Shown here piece by piece: positions 49,464 through 58,378 of a stretch of DNA of 64,000 nt. The stretch is from Coprothermobacterota bacterium. GTDB lineage: Bacteria > Coprothermobacterota > HKB111. The stretch lies in NCBI GenBank assembly GCA_037440465.1, contig JBBIUB010000007.1:1-64000 (forward strand), in the 5' to 3' direction. Position numbers and translations under genes: made by a program. Position 1 is the first letter of the stretch. Each line of letters opens with the position of its first letter. Below the pieces are notes generated by a model that had not been told where the DNA came from, searched no databases, and saw only the letters and a list, made by a program, of their open reading frames with translations.

Positions 49464-50376
49464 TAATTATATTGCACTTCTGGGACCTACTTCTTCTGGA
49501 AAATCTAAACTTGCCATTGATATAGCAAAAAAAACAGGTGGAGAAATACTAAACATAGATTCCGTAACTTTATATAAACACCTCAGTATTGGCACTGCTA
49601 AGCCTTCTTATGAAGAAAGAAAAGTAGTAAAACACTACCTTTTAGATACCCTAGAGCCTGATGAAAAAATTACCGTTGTGGAATTTGTCCAGATGGCTGA
49701 GGAAGTCATAAAGCAAATGACAAATGATAATATAAAACCTATCTTCGTGGCAGGAAGTCCTCTTTATTTCTACTCCTTAACTAAAGATACCTTTCAGCCT
49801 CCTCCAACAGACTCCGTGATAAGAAAAAACCTTCTGGAAAGAACTGATACTGAAGAATTAATTGTTCTATATTCAGAATTAAAAGAAAAAGATCCTTACT
49901 ATGCTACTAAAATTAATCAACAGGATAAAAAAAGAATTATTAGAGCACTTGAAGTGATTCAACTTACGGGTAAACCTTTTTCCTCTTTTGGTAAGAGTAT
50001 TTTGTATGGAAAAGAAAGGTACAACCTACTTAAAATAGGCTTGAATCCTGAAAGGATTTATTTGAAAGAAAGAATTTACAATAGAACTATTAAAATGATT
50101 GAAGCTGGTTTAATAGAAGAAGTAAGATATTTGATGAAATCAGGTATATCTTCCGAGTCTCCCTGTTTTGAAGCTATTGGATACAGGGAAGCCCTGGCAT
50201 TAATCAAAAATGAAATCTCTTTAGAAGAGTTAGTTACTTTAATAAACAAACGAACCTTCGCCTATGCTAAACATCAGATGACCTGGTTTAAAAGAGATTT
50301 GAACATTAATTGGTTTTCTTACAAAAATGAAAATGAATTTAATTTAATATCAAAAGAGATACTAAGATTATGCTGA
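49450..50376 (+). CDS. miaA: tRNA dimethylallyltransferase
   Basis: GPTSSGKS, IGTAKP, RIIRALEV, AIGYRE, YAKHQMTWF. Confidence 0.95.
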   Translation: MRKFNNYIALLGPTSSGKSKLAIDIAKKTGGEILNIDSVTLYKHLSIGTAKPSYEERKVVKHYLLDTLEPDEKITVVEFVQMAEEVIKQMTNDNIKPIFVAGSPLYFYSLTKDTFQPPPTDSVIRKNLLERTDTEELIVLYSELKEKDPYYATKINQQDKKRIIRALEVIQLTGKPFSSFGKSILYGKERYNLLKIGLNPERIYLKERIYNRTIKMIEAGLIEEVRYLMKSGISSESPCFEAIGYREALALIKNEISLEELVTLINKRTFAYAKHQMTWFKRDLNINWFSYKNENEFNLISKEILRLC

Positions 50377-51503
50377 ATTCTAACCTCATTCATATAGAGA
50401 AGCCTGCTATTCTAGTTCAAGTTCTTACTCCAAAAGAAAGGAAGCTTGAAGAAGAGCACGGAGAGGAACTCTTACATCTCTCAGAAGTAGCAGGATATAA
50501 GGTTACAACAGTAATCAAACAGAGAATAACAGCCCCAAGACCACCATATTATATAGGAAAGGGTAAGTTGGAAGAAGTTAAAGACCTCGTGCATTTGAAT
50601 AAAGCCCAAACTGTAATTTTTGGAGTAAACACCCTTTCGCCTTCATTCAAGAACAAGCTGGAAGATTTTCTTAAAACGGAAGTAGTAGATAGAACACAAT
50701 TAACCCTTTCGATATTTGAACTTCATGCTTCCTCTAAAGAAAGCAAAATCCAGATAGAGTTAGCTCGGTTGAGGTACGAATTACCGCGTTTGAGAGGAAG
50801 GGGAGAGGAGCTCTCCCGGTTGGGAGGTGGTATTGCAACAAGGGGACCTGGAGAAATGGAAATTGAAAAAGAGAGAAGGATTATTAGAAAAAGGATTAAC
50901 TTTCTGGAGAAAACCATTGAAAGCATAATGAGAAATAGGAAAACTCTTGGACAACCCCGAAAAAGACAGGGCCTAAAACTGGTAGCCATTCTTGGCTATA
51001 CTAACGCTGGAAAAACTAGTCTTTTTAATCTTCTAACTAAAAGCCAATTTGAAGTAGCTCCACGAGCTTTCACTACTCTGGACCCACGTATCCGTTTTGG
51101 GTATCTGGGTAATGAAATAGGGGTTATTTTTAGCGATACGGTGGGTTTTATAAGGGATCTACCCTTAGAACTATTCACAGCTTTTAAAGCGACCTTAGAA
51201 GAGGCAAAAGAGGCCGATTATCTTCTGCTGGTTGTTGATATTTCTCAGAGTTCTATAGAAGAACACCTCTCTGCTATCTATAAGACCCTTAATGATCTTG
51301 GAATTCAAGATAAGCCATCTGTCCTCATTGCAAACAAGGTTGATTTATTAGAAAACCCAGAAGTTTCTATTGCTAAACTCAAGATGATTTATAATGATGA
51401 TGTGATAGGAACCTCAACTGAAACTTATTTTGGGATAGATGATGTAAAATCTTTATTAAGGAAGAAACTCCAACATGAAAAGCTTTTCACATATAAATCT
51501 TAA
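50370..51503 (+). CDS. hflX: GTPase HflX
   Basis: IGKGK, RGPGE, GYTNAGKT, FTTLD, DTVGFI, NKVD. Confidence 0.95.
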   Translation: MLNSNLIHIEKPAILVQVLTPKERKLEEEHGEELLHLSEVAGYKVTTVIKQRITAPRPPYYIGKGKLEEVKDLVHLNKAQTVIFGVNTLSPSFKNKLEDFLKTEVVDRTQLTLSIFELHASSKESKIQIELARLRYELPRLRGRGEELSRLGGGIATRGPGEMEIEKERRIIRKRINFLEKTIESIMRNRKTLGQPRKRQGLKLVAILGYTNAGKTSLFNLLTKSQFEVAPRAFTTLDPRIRFGYLGNEIGVIFSDTVGFIRDLPLELFTAFKATLEEAKEADYLLLVVDISQSSIEEHLSAIYKTLNDLGIQDKPSVLIANKVDLLENPEVSIAKLKMIYNDDVIGTSTETYFGIDDVKSLLRKKLQHEKLFTYKS

Positions 51504-52701
51504 CTCTATTACTCTCGATATAGAAAAAGCTCTTTACTCTGAATTTAAGAGTATTGAAGAAATTCGTTCTCTTAATGTTAAAAAAGTTCATGAAAGTATT
51601 ATTAAATCTGATGTATCTGACATAGACCTGGCTCCATCTGCTGGTTATGGTTATGGTGATTGGGGAAGAGAAAAGATAGAGGAAGTATTCGCCAGGGTAT
51701 TTGGTGGAGAAGATAGTCTTGTTAGGCCACAAATATCTACAGGTACTCAAGCTCTTTATCTATCTTTAATGGGGACTCTGATACCGAGCAAAAGAAAGAA
51801 GCAAAAAGATGTTCTTATTCTTACAGGCGAGCCGTACCCCACAATTCTACCTACCTTCAACTTTTTAAAAGATTCAGGTGTTAATGTTAATAAAGCAGAT
51901 ATTAGCACTACTCCTTTGGAGGAAATCCTCTCAAAATATGAATCACTTGATCTAATCTTTATTCAAAGATCTAAGGGTTACAGCCTTAAGAATTCTTTGA
52001 GTATTTCCATGATTGAAGAAATAATCAGGCTGATACGTATATATTATAGTAGTAATGTAATTATTTTAGTTGATAATTGCTATTCAGAATTTGTAGCAGT
52101 TAAAGAACCAGGTCAGATCGGAGCAGATATAATTGTTGGTTCACTTATGAAAAATCCAGGTGGTGGCATAGTTTCAACAGGTGGGTATATAGTCGGCAAG
52201 AAAGACTTGGTGCAGGATATAGCAAGTTTTTTATACGGTGCTGGGGTAGGGAAGGGGTTAGGTCCAATTCACAATAAGAAAGAGATTCTTCTTGGCTTAT
52301 ATCTGGCTCCATTAGTAGTCAGTGAATCACTAAAAGGAGTGTTATTCGGTAGCCATCTTTTCCATAAACTAAGTATGAAAGTTATACCAAAGCCAGGTGA
52401 AGAGTTAGCTGACATAGTCCTGGCAGTTGAGTTGGGGTCTAAAGAAAAAGTATTGAAGGCATTAAAGGAGGTTCAATCTATGGGACCCTTGAATCCAAGT
52501 GCATTACCAGAAGGGTCACTTCTTCCAGGATACTCTGATGAAGTTGCTATGGCTGGTGGAACTTTCACTCCAGGCTCTTCAATAGAATTAAGCGCTGATG
52601 CTTTATTAACTTCTCCTTGGGTTTTATATTTGCAAGGTAGCTTCTATTATGAATTATTCAGGGAAACCTGTTTAAAGATAGCCCAAACCATATTATTTTA
52701 G
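51475..52701 (+). CDS. YnbB / aluminium-resistance family PLP-dependent protein (methionine gamma-lyase-like)
   Basis: GYGYGDWGRE, QRSKGY, VDNCY, GSLMKNPGGG, MAGGTF..GSSIELSAD. Confidence 0.88.
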   Translation: MKSFSHINLNSITLDIEKALYSEFKSIEEIRSLNVKKVHESIIKSDVSDIDLAPSAGYGYGDWGREKIEEVFARVFGGEDSLVRPQISTGTQALYLSLMGTLIPSKRKKQKDVLILTGEPYPTILPTFNFLKDSGVNVNKADISTTPLEEILSKYESLDLIFIQRSKGYSLKNSLSISMIEEIIRLIRIYYSSNVIILVDNCYSEFVAVKEPGQIGADIIVGSLMKNPGGGIVSTGGYIVGKKDLVQDIASFLYGAGVGKGLGPIHNKKEILLGLYLAPLVVSESLKGVLFGSHLFHKLSMKVIPKPGEELADIVLAVELGSKEKVLKALKEVQSMGPLNPSALPEGSLLPGYSDEVAMAGGTFTPGSSIELSADALLTSPWVLYLQGSFYYELFRETCLKIAQTILF

Positions 52702-52707
52702 ATTTCT

Positions 52708-53535
52708 TTAAAGTTCCGCTGCTAAGGGGAAATAACTCTCTACCAGAACTTCTCTTAAATTCTTATCTATATAAAATCCTTTATATCCTAATGCTTGTCT
52801 AACTAAATCAGGTTGACAACCAATATTAATTAGATGATTTAAATATAAGGAACGTAACCTTTGAGGAGTACATATTATCCCTGTTTTTTCCTTTATTAAG
52901 TGGACTTCTCTGGTTATATGCGACTTCTTTATGTTAAACATTCTTTTTTCATTAACTCTCTTAATTACTAAATTAAGCAGTTCCTTTGCTGTTATTTCAT
53001 CTATAACAGGTGCTAACCTTTCCTTACCATCAAGTGATATTACCCTCATAAACACATGATTCTTTATAATTACAATATCAGTTGGTGAAAGTTTAAAAAT
53101 CTCATTTATTTTTAATCCTGCATATAACATTAATAAAAAAGTAAGTTTTAAATCTGCAGGGAGGAAATATATATGTGTTAGAATAATCTCTATTTCTTTA
53201 TTTATAGAAGTATTCTCTGGTTTTTCATTCTTTACTTTGATCTTTTTTATGTTTACAGGATTTCCTTGTACTTGACCAGTATCGGTTAGATAATCATAAA
53301 AACCCTTTAGTACTGTTATACATAAGTTTATAGTAGTTGGTTTTAATCCTAATCCAGAAAGGTAAGGGGTATATCTTTTGCAATCTTCTCCACTTACATT
53401 TTTAAACCATAATTTTTCTTTTTTACACCAATTAATAAAATATTCTAAAGCAAACTCATAAGTCGAAATAGTTTTCTTAGACCTGTTTGCTTTTATAAGT
53501 TCTCCTAAATAATTTTTTATGTATCTTCTAAGCAT
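52708..53535 (-). CDS. XerC/D-like tyrosine recombinase with a degenerate catalytic site
   Basis: Core-binding N-domain (SKKTISTY, LKPTTIN..TVLKGFYDYL..GNP); GLKINE, KER, TPQRLRSL and ALGY align with Xer boxes but catalytic positions are substituted. Confidence 0.8.
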   Translation of the reverse strand: MLRRYIKNYLGELIKANRSKKTISTYEFALEYFINWCKKEKLWFKNVSGEDCKRYTPYLSGLGLKPTTINLCITVLKGFYDYLTDTGQVQGNPVNIKKIKVKNEKPENTSINKEIEIILTHIYFLPADLKLTFLLMLYAGLKINEIFKLSPTDIVIIKNHVFMRVISLDGKERLAPVIDEITAKELLNLVIKRVNEKRMFNIKKSHITREVHLIKEKTGIICTPQRLRSLYLNHLINIGCQPDLVRQALGYKGFYIDKNLREVLVESYFPLAAEL

Positions 53536-53630
53536 TATTCATTTTTTTTAACTAATAAATAATTAGTATAAATAATAGTTGATTATAACACAGGCAGACT
53601 TATTTATCCAAATTCACACTGAAAATTATC

Positions 53631-53658
53631 ACTTCTGATAATATATCTTATGTTAAAT
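53631..53658 (+). other. dif chromosome-dimer resolution site
   Basis: ACTTCTGATAA-TATATC-TTATGTTAAAT, 11+6+11 layout. Right arm equals the E. coli XerD arm; left arm resembles the B. subtilis arm ACTTCCTAGAA. Intergenic, and gene orientation flips around it. Confidence 0.85.
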
Positions 53659-53764
53659 TGATATTTTGAAATTGTCCAAAATCATCATATATTAAGCTCA
53701 AGGAAATTTAAAATATGTTTTTCAATGTGTTTTATGAATTTCAAATTAAATCTTTTACTAATAA

Positions 53765-53861
53765 CTCATTACTTATTACATATTAAATTTTTTAAATCTG
53801 AACTTGTTTCAGCATATCATCTTAAATCCTTTTCAAATCACTCATTACACATTACATATTA
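53765..53861. repeat. Two short tandem heptamer arrays (consensus CWYATTA)
   Basis: CTCATTA CTTATTA CATATTA (53765-53785); CAAATCA CTCATTA CACATTA CATATTA (53834-53861). Confidence 0.6.
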
Positions 53862-54170
53862 CGACTTTTTAACTTCCAAACACCCCAAAACCCCCTCTAT
53901 TTACCACCTAATTAAACATATTCTGCATGTGTTATGCATTTCCTACTTGACTCACAAAACTACCAAATAAAGCATTCTATGGGGTATTTCAGTTACATAG
54001 CCATTCCCAGAAGATATAATCATTGGATCTTTCCATCCTTCCTCCCAGCCAATTTAAAATTCCTTTACCAACGTTATGTAAGAGGGCGCACCAGCGATAT
54101 ATAATGAATCAGAAACCTACTTTGCGGGATTGAAGACTAAGGGGTTAGTGTTACCACACCCCAAAATTGC

Positions 54171-54251
54171 AGATAACGGTTGAGGATAAAAGAAGTTTGG
54201 CAAATCCGAATTTGGACGAAGCGAAGTGGAGTCTTTTACAACATGTTAGAT
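54171..54251 (-). other. Integron attC-like site closing the methyltransferase cassette
   Basis: Minus strand: ATCTAAC (RYYYAAC), TAAAAGA ... TCTTTTA inverted boxes, GTTATCT. 81 bp, beginning 34 bp after the stop codon. Confidence 0.65.
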
Positions 54252-54285
54252 AAAGTGCCACATCTTTATGCATTATCTGTTCAAT

Positions 54286-54951
54286 CTATCTTTCTGCTAA
54301 AGCAATTTGAAAAAAATCCCAGCTTGTCACACCAGTTCTAATTATCCTAAATCCTGCTCTTTTGATTTCATTTGCCAGTCCGCATTTCAGCAGATCTTTA
54401 TAGGTCGTGTATTCAGGGTTAAAACGCTCCATAAAATCAAACAACAATGCCTTCCATCTTCGGTCTGGTTTATTATGTTCAACGAGGACTATCTTGCCTC
54501 CCAGTCTGATGACCCTATAAGCTTCCGATAAAACATTCTGTCGCACTTCTTGAGGCATCTCATGGAGTGCACCACAAATGACACTCTTATCAAAATAGCT
54601 ATCAGAAAAGGGAATATCTTGAGCATCACCCTCTATGAGAGAGAGCCCATCAGGTTCTCTCTTTTTCCGGGCAATCCTTAATTGAGCAGGAGAAAGTTCA
54701 ATACCCACCACCTCTCCTGTCCCTGCAAGTCTTTTAGCAAGCATTATGGTTAAAGTGCCCGTGCCACAGCAAATGTCCAGTATCTTTTCGCCAGGTTGAG
54801 GGTTGATCCATTCGATTATTAACTCCCGCCATCTCCGTTCACCACCAAAACCTCCGTTAAGAAAGAAGAAGAGTACTTTCATAAAGGGATCGTAAATGTG
54901 AGCAAACCAACTATACCATTTTTCATAGGCACTACGATAATAATCTGGCAT
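54286..54951 (-). CDS. Class I SAM-dependent methyltransferase (UbiE-like), cassette-borne
   Basis: ILDICCGTG, GDAQDIPF, ALHEMP, RVIRLGG. ATG 54951 preferred because the track's longer start runs through the attI-like site. Confidence 0.85.
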   Translation of the reverse strand: MPDYYRSAYEKWYSWFAHIYDPFMKVLFFFLNGGFGGERRWRELIIEWINPQPGEKILDICCGTGTLTIMLAKRLAGTGEVVGIELSPAQLRIARKKREPDGLSLIEGDAQDIPFSDSYFDKSVICGALHEMPQEVRQNVLSEAYRVIRLGGKIVLVEHNKPDRRWKALLFDFMERFNPEYTTYKDLLKCGLANEIKRAGFRIIRTGVTSWDFFQIALAER

Positions 54952-54992
54952 TTCTATCCTATTTTTAACTTTTTTTACATGGTAATGTAGCA

Positions 54993-55070
54993 TTTCGCCT
55001 AACTCGTTCCTATTCGAACTGTTCGGATATCTTTTTAATTGAGTAATATAGACAAACTCGGTTCGCATAT
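54993..55070 (-). other. Second integron attI-like site
   Basis: Minus strand: ATATGCGAAC ... ATATCCGAAC-A-GTTCGAATAGGAACGA-GTTAGGC; shares 17 bp with the site at 646-662. Confidence 0.55.
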
Positions 55071-55229
55071 GCTTCCCCTTGCCTGAATGCCAATTCCTTT
55101 ATCATCAAATATCATCTCACAATTTATTATATACTCCTGATAAGAGCAAGGATTGTGGGGCAATTGCTCTTTTGAGATATGTATCCAAATGCTTTGACTT
55201 CTGCTTTCATATTCTGGAACTTACTTTTC

Positions 55230-55379
55230 CTAGTCTTCAGGATAATCAAAGCCATAACTGAGTTTATGGTCATAAACCTGAATATACCCTGCGGTTACTG
55301 GTGTTATTGGTGAGGAAACAAAAGTTTGTTCTAATAACTGTCTTTCTTTAAATAGCAAAACAAAGGAGGTAAGCACTAA
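55230..55379 (-). pseudogene. Possible startless gene fragment (membrane-anchored, PsbP-like motif)
   Basis: LVLTSFVLLF...YDHKLSYGFDYPED-stop; no start codon. Resemblance judged by eye only. Confidence 0.25.
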
Positions 55380-55380
55380 A

Positions 55381-56163
55381 TTAGAAGATAATAGATAAGC
55401 ATGTTAAACCACCATCACCCTTCCTAAATTCTGACATCGGGATTTCAATAGTGGTAAAACCTTCATCTTTGATGAATTTTTTAGTTATAGGATATCCTTC
55501 AGGAATAAGTACCTTTCCATTTATTGATAGACAGTTAGTACTATATTCGTATTTTTTGGGAACAATGATTTTTTTAAATTCAGAAAAATATTTGTCATCA
55601 AAATACCCAGGAGTTATTAGGATATAATCATTTCCTAAGTAAGTGCAGGCTGATTTTAAGTGAAATATCTCATTTATTTTTACTGGAATTACTTGGTAAC
55701 CATCATTTGAAACAATAGATTGTACTTGCTTAATTGCCTGTTCGTTAGTTCTCGGAGAAATGCCAATGAAAATTTTATCTTTGATTTTTAATACATCTCC
55801 CCCTTCTATTGTTGCCGGTGATTTAATCTCGAAGATTTCCTTATAGTTTGCAAGGATTTTCTTGACTTCTATTTCTTCACCAACTCGTGATTTAACTCCC
55901 ATGTATGAAATAATTGCTTTGTCTCCGATTATTATCGCTGTGTCTTCCACAAAGCAACAATCTGGGAGTTTATCATCAGTCTCTATTCTTATCAATGTGA
56001 GACCTAATTGTCTTAGGGTTTCGCAATATAGACTATGTTGTTCCTTTGCTAAATTAAAGTCTATCTCTTTTTTTGGTATACGAGTCTTAATGCACCTGTC
56101 ATAGGTATCCGGCACATCTCGTATTACCGCATAATTACCTTTAGGTGTGCTCGTCTTCTTCAT
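55381..56163 (-). CDS. Dimethylargininase (DDAH) / amidinotransferase superfamily
   Basis: PDCCFVEDTA, SRVGE, EGGDVL, RTN, HLKS, KGDGGLTCLS (catalytic Cys). Domain starts near ATG 56163; the track adds 63 aa upstream. Confidence 0.88.
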   Translation of the reverse strand: MKKTSTPKGNYAVIRDVPDTYDRCIKTRIPKKEIDFNLAKEQHSLYCETLRQLGLTLIRIETDDKLPDCCFVEDTAIIIGDKAIISYMGVKSRVGEEIEVKKILANYKEIFEIKSPATIEGGDVLKIKDKIFIGISPRTNEQAIKQVQSIVSNDGYQVIPVKINEIFHLKSACTYLGNDYILITPGYFDDKYFSEFKKIIVPKKYEYSTNCLSINGKVLIPEGYPITKKFIKDEGFTTIEIPMSEFRKGDGGLTCLSIIF

Positions 56164-56648
56164 CTCTTTATCCCTGAATTCATTTAACTCTAATATTTCC
56201 GACATCAATGTTGTATATCTTCCCATATCGAAATAATATCTGAAGTTTTCTTCAATTATACCCTCTTTTATTTGGAATAGAGACTTTGAGGAATGCCACC
56301 CTCCGTTTGAAAATCCAGAGATCTTCTCTTTTGCCATGACAAATTTTACCATGTATCGCCCTTTTTTATAAGATTTAGACCTTCCTCCAAAAGACCTTCC
56401 AGAAAAAGGACTTTTTCCTCAAAATTTAACTTCCTTAAAAGGGAGAGTCTGAGCTATCTCATCTTTTACATGTTCCCATTTGCCTAAGCTCATGGTGCGT
56501 CAGTGCCAAATATGCCAATTCATAAAGAGGAGTAATGGATTGGGTTTTGAGAGATGTTTATGGCTTTATTGAGATTCTGGTTTAATTTATGTTATCCTTT
56601 AGTTAATTACCTTAAATAGGTAACATTATGAAATTAGCGAGGTGAATA

Positions 56649-58328
56649 ATGTTTAAGGGTAAAATTTGGATGTGGGTATTTGTTGGTCTGGTAATGGTCT
56701 CGCTCTTACTTTTTGCTCACAGTAATCTTACTTATGCAGCCCAGGAAGAGGAAGCAGTGGAATATGGATGGTTATCTTTATTACCTGCCATAATTGCCAT
56801 AGGACTTTGTTTTATTACTAAACAACCTCTTCCATCTCTTATGATTGGTGTTTTTGTGGGAGCAACTATCACCAAAAATTGGAACCCCTTAGCTGGTTAT
56901 ACGCGTACCCTTGAAGTAGCTGTAGAACAGATGACAGACAGCTGGAAAGCAGCCATCATGCTCTTTACCCTGATAATCGGTGGACTTGTTGGATTGGTGT
57001 TTTTAGGTGGGGGCGTTTACGCTTTTGCTGAATCCATGAAAACCAGGTTAAGAAACTCAAAAATGGGTCAATTGACATCCTTTCTCCTGGGTTGGATTAT
57101 CTTTTTTGACGATTACACCAACACTGTTGCTGTAGGTAATTCTCTAAGAGGTGTCTCAGATGCATTGAGGATATCCCGGGAAAAATTTTCTTATATCGTT
57201 GACTCCACTGCTGCCCCAGTGGCAACCATCGCTCTGGTAAGTTCCTGGATAGGTTATGAGGTAGGGCTTATCAAAGAGGCCTTAGAAGCAGCCGGTTCAA
57301 CTATTTCTGCCTACAAAGTTTTCATTGATTCTCTACCCTTGAAATTCTACAGTATCTTTGCCCTGGTTCTTCTCTTGATGGTTGTTCTTTCTGGGCGTAA
57401 CTTCGGCCCCATGCTTAAAGCAGAATATCGTGCCCGGACTACTGGTAAAGTATTTGCAGATGGTGCGAGACCCCTTTCAGGTGGGGTAACCCTTAAGATA
57501 AAAGAAGGTATCCCTTATAAGGTTTCTAACATGGTAGTGCCTATTTTATCCCTGTTAGTTATTACTATGTTTAGCCTATGGTGGACTGGAGGCGGTCCTG
57601 AGGTTCCTTTTGGGGAGGCTATTTCCAATACAGATGCTGCTAAATCCCTCCTCTGGGGATCTATGGGGGCGGTGGTAGTAACTATTTTCTATTTTTCTCT
57701 GCAACGCCTGGCCAATCTCAGTGAAATGATGGATTCCTTTATTGATGGGGCTAAGATGATGCTGATAGGTTTACTTATTTTAATTACTGCCTGGTCAATT
57801 GGCGCCATTACCTCAGAAATGGGAGCCGGTCCATTTGTAGTAGGGTTAACCAAAGACCTACCAATTGAGATTGTTCCTATTGGTATGTTCATAATATGCT
57901 GTTTCATTTCCTTTGCCACAGGCACCTCCTGGGGTACCATGGCTATAGGAATACCTATAGCAATTCCTCTTGGCCTGGCTGTAGGTATTAATCCTGCTGT
58001 TATTTCTTCCGCAGTTTTAACGGGGGCTATTTTTGGTGACCATTGCTCTCCCATATCAGATACAACTGTTATGTCCTCTATATTCGCCGGTTCAGACCTT
58101 ATGGATCACGTCAATACCCAGATTCCTTTTGCTTTATTAGCTGCTTTTGCTACTGTCATTGGCTATATAATAATGGGAGTTACAGGATTTAATTACTGGT
58201 TCTGGCCTATAATCTGGGCAGTTGGATTAATATTCATGTGGTTAGCCTTGGTATATCTTTCTAATAGAAGTGCCAGGAAACTGGGCTTAACTCCTGAAAA
58301 GGAACTGTGGGAAAAGTTAAGTAGTTAG
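56649..58328 (+). CDS. Na+/H+ antiporter NhaC family transporter (often amino-acid transporters)
   Basis: FFDDY, SREKFSYIVDSTAAP, SSW, SFATGTSWGT, GDHCSPISDTT, HVNTQ. Confidence 0.9.
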   Translation: MFKGKIWMWVFVGLVMVSLLLFAHSNLTYAAQEEEAVEYGWLSLLPAIIAIGLCFITKQPLPSLMIGVFVGATITKNWNPLAGYTRTLEVAVEQMTDSWKAAIMLFTLIIGGLVGLVFLGGGVYAFAESMKTRLRNSKMGQLTSFLLGWIIFFDDYTNTVAVGNSLRGVSDALRISREKFSYIVDSTAAPVATIALVSSWIGYEVGLIKEALEAAGSTISAYKVFIDSLPLKFYSIFALVLLLMVVLSGRNFGPMLKAEYRARTTGKVFADGARPLSGGVTLKIKEGIPYKVSNMVVPILSLLVITMFSLWWTGGGPEVPFGEAISNTDAAKSLLWGSMGAVVVTIFYFSLQRLANLSEMMDSFIDGAKMMLIGLLILITAWSIGAITSEMGAGPFVVGLTKDLPIEIVPIGMFIICCFISFATGTSWGTMAIGIPIAIPLGLAVGINPAVISSAVLTGAIFGDHCSPISDTTVMSSIFAGSDLMDHVNTQIPFALLAAFATVIGYIIMGVTGFNYWFWPIIWAVGLIFMWLALVYLSNRSARKLGLTPEKELWEKLSS

Positions 58329-58347
58329 TCTGTTTATTAACTTAGGA

Positions 58348-58378
58348 AAAGAGGGGAGATTAAAAAACTCCCCTCTTT
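58348..58378. terminator. Bidirectional terminator between convergent genes
   Basis: AAAGAGGGGAG-N9-CTCCCCTCTTT. Confidence 0.8.

Noticed and set aside
52708..53535. The recombinase as the integron integrase for the nearby cassette
   Set aside because: It is short, shows no IntI-specific insertion before the HxxR box, and lacks catalytic residues.
56164..56493. N-terminal extension of DDAH, or UGA read-through from ATG 56493
   Set aside because: No recognisable domain, Sec motif or SD; more likely chance open frame or decayed DNA.
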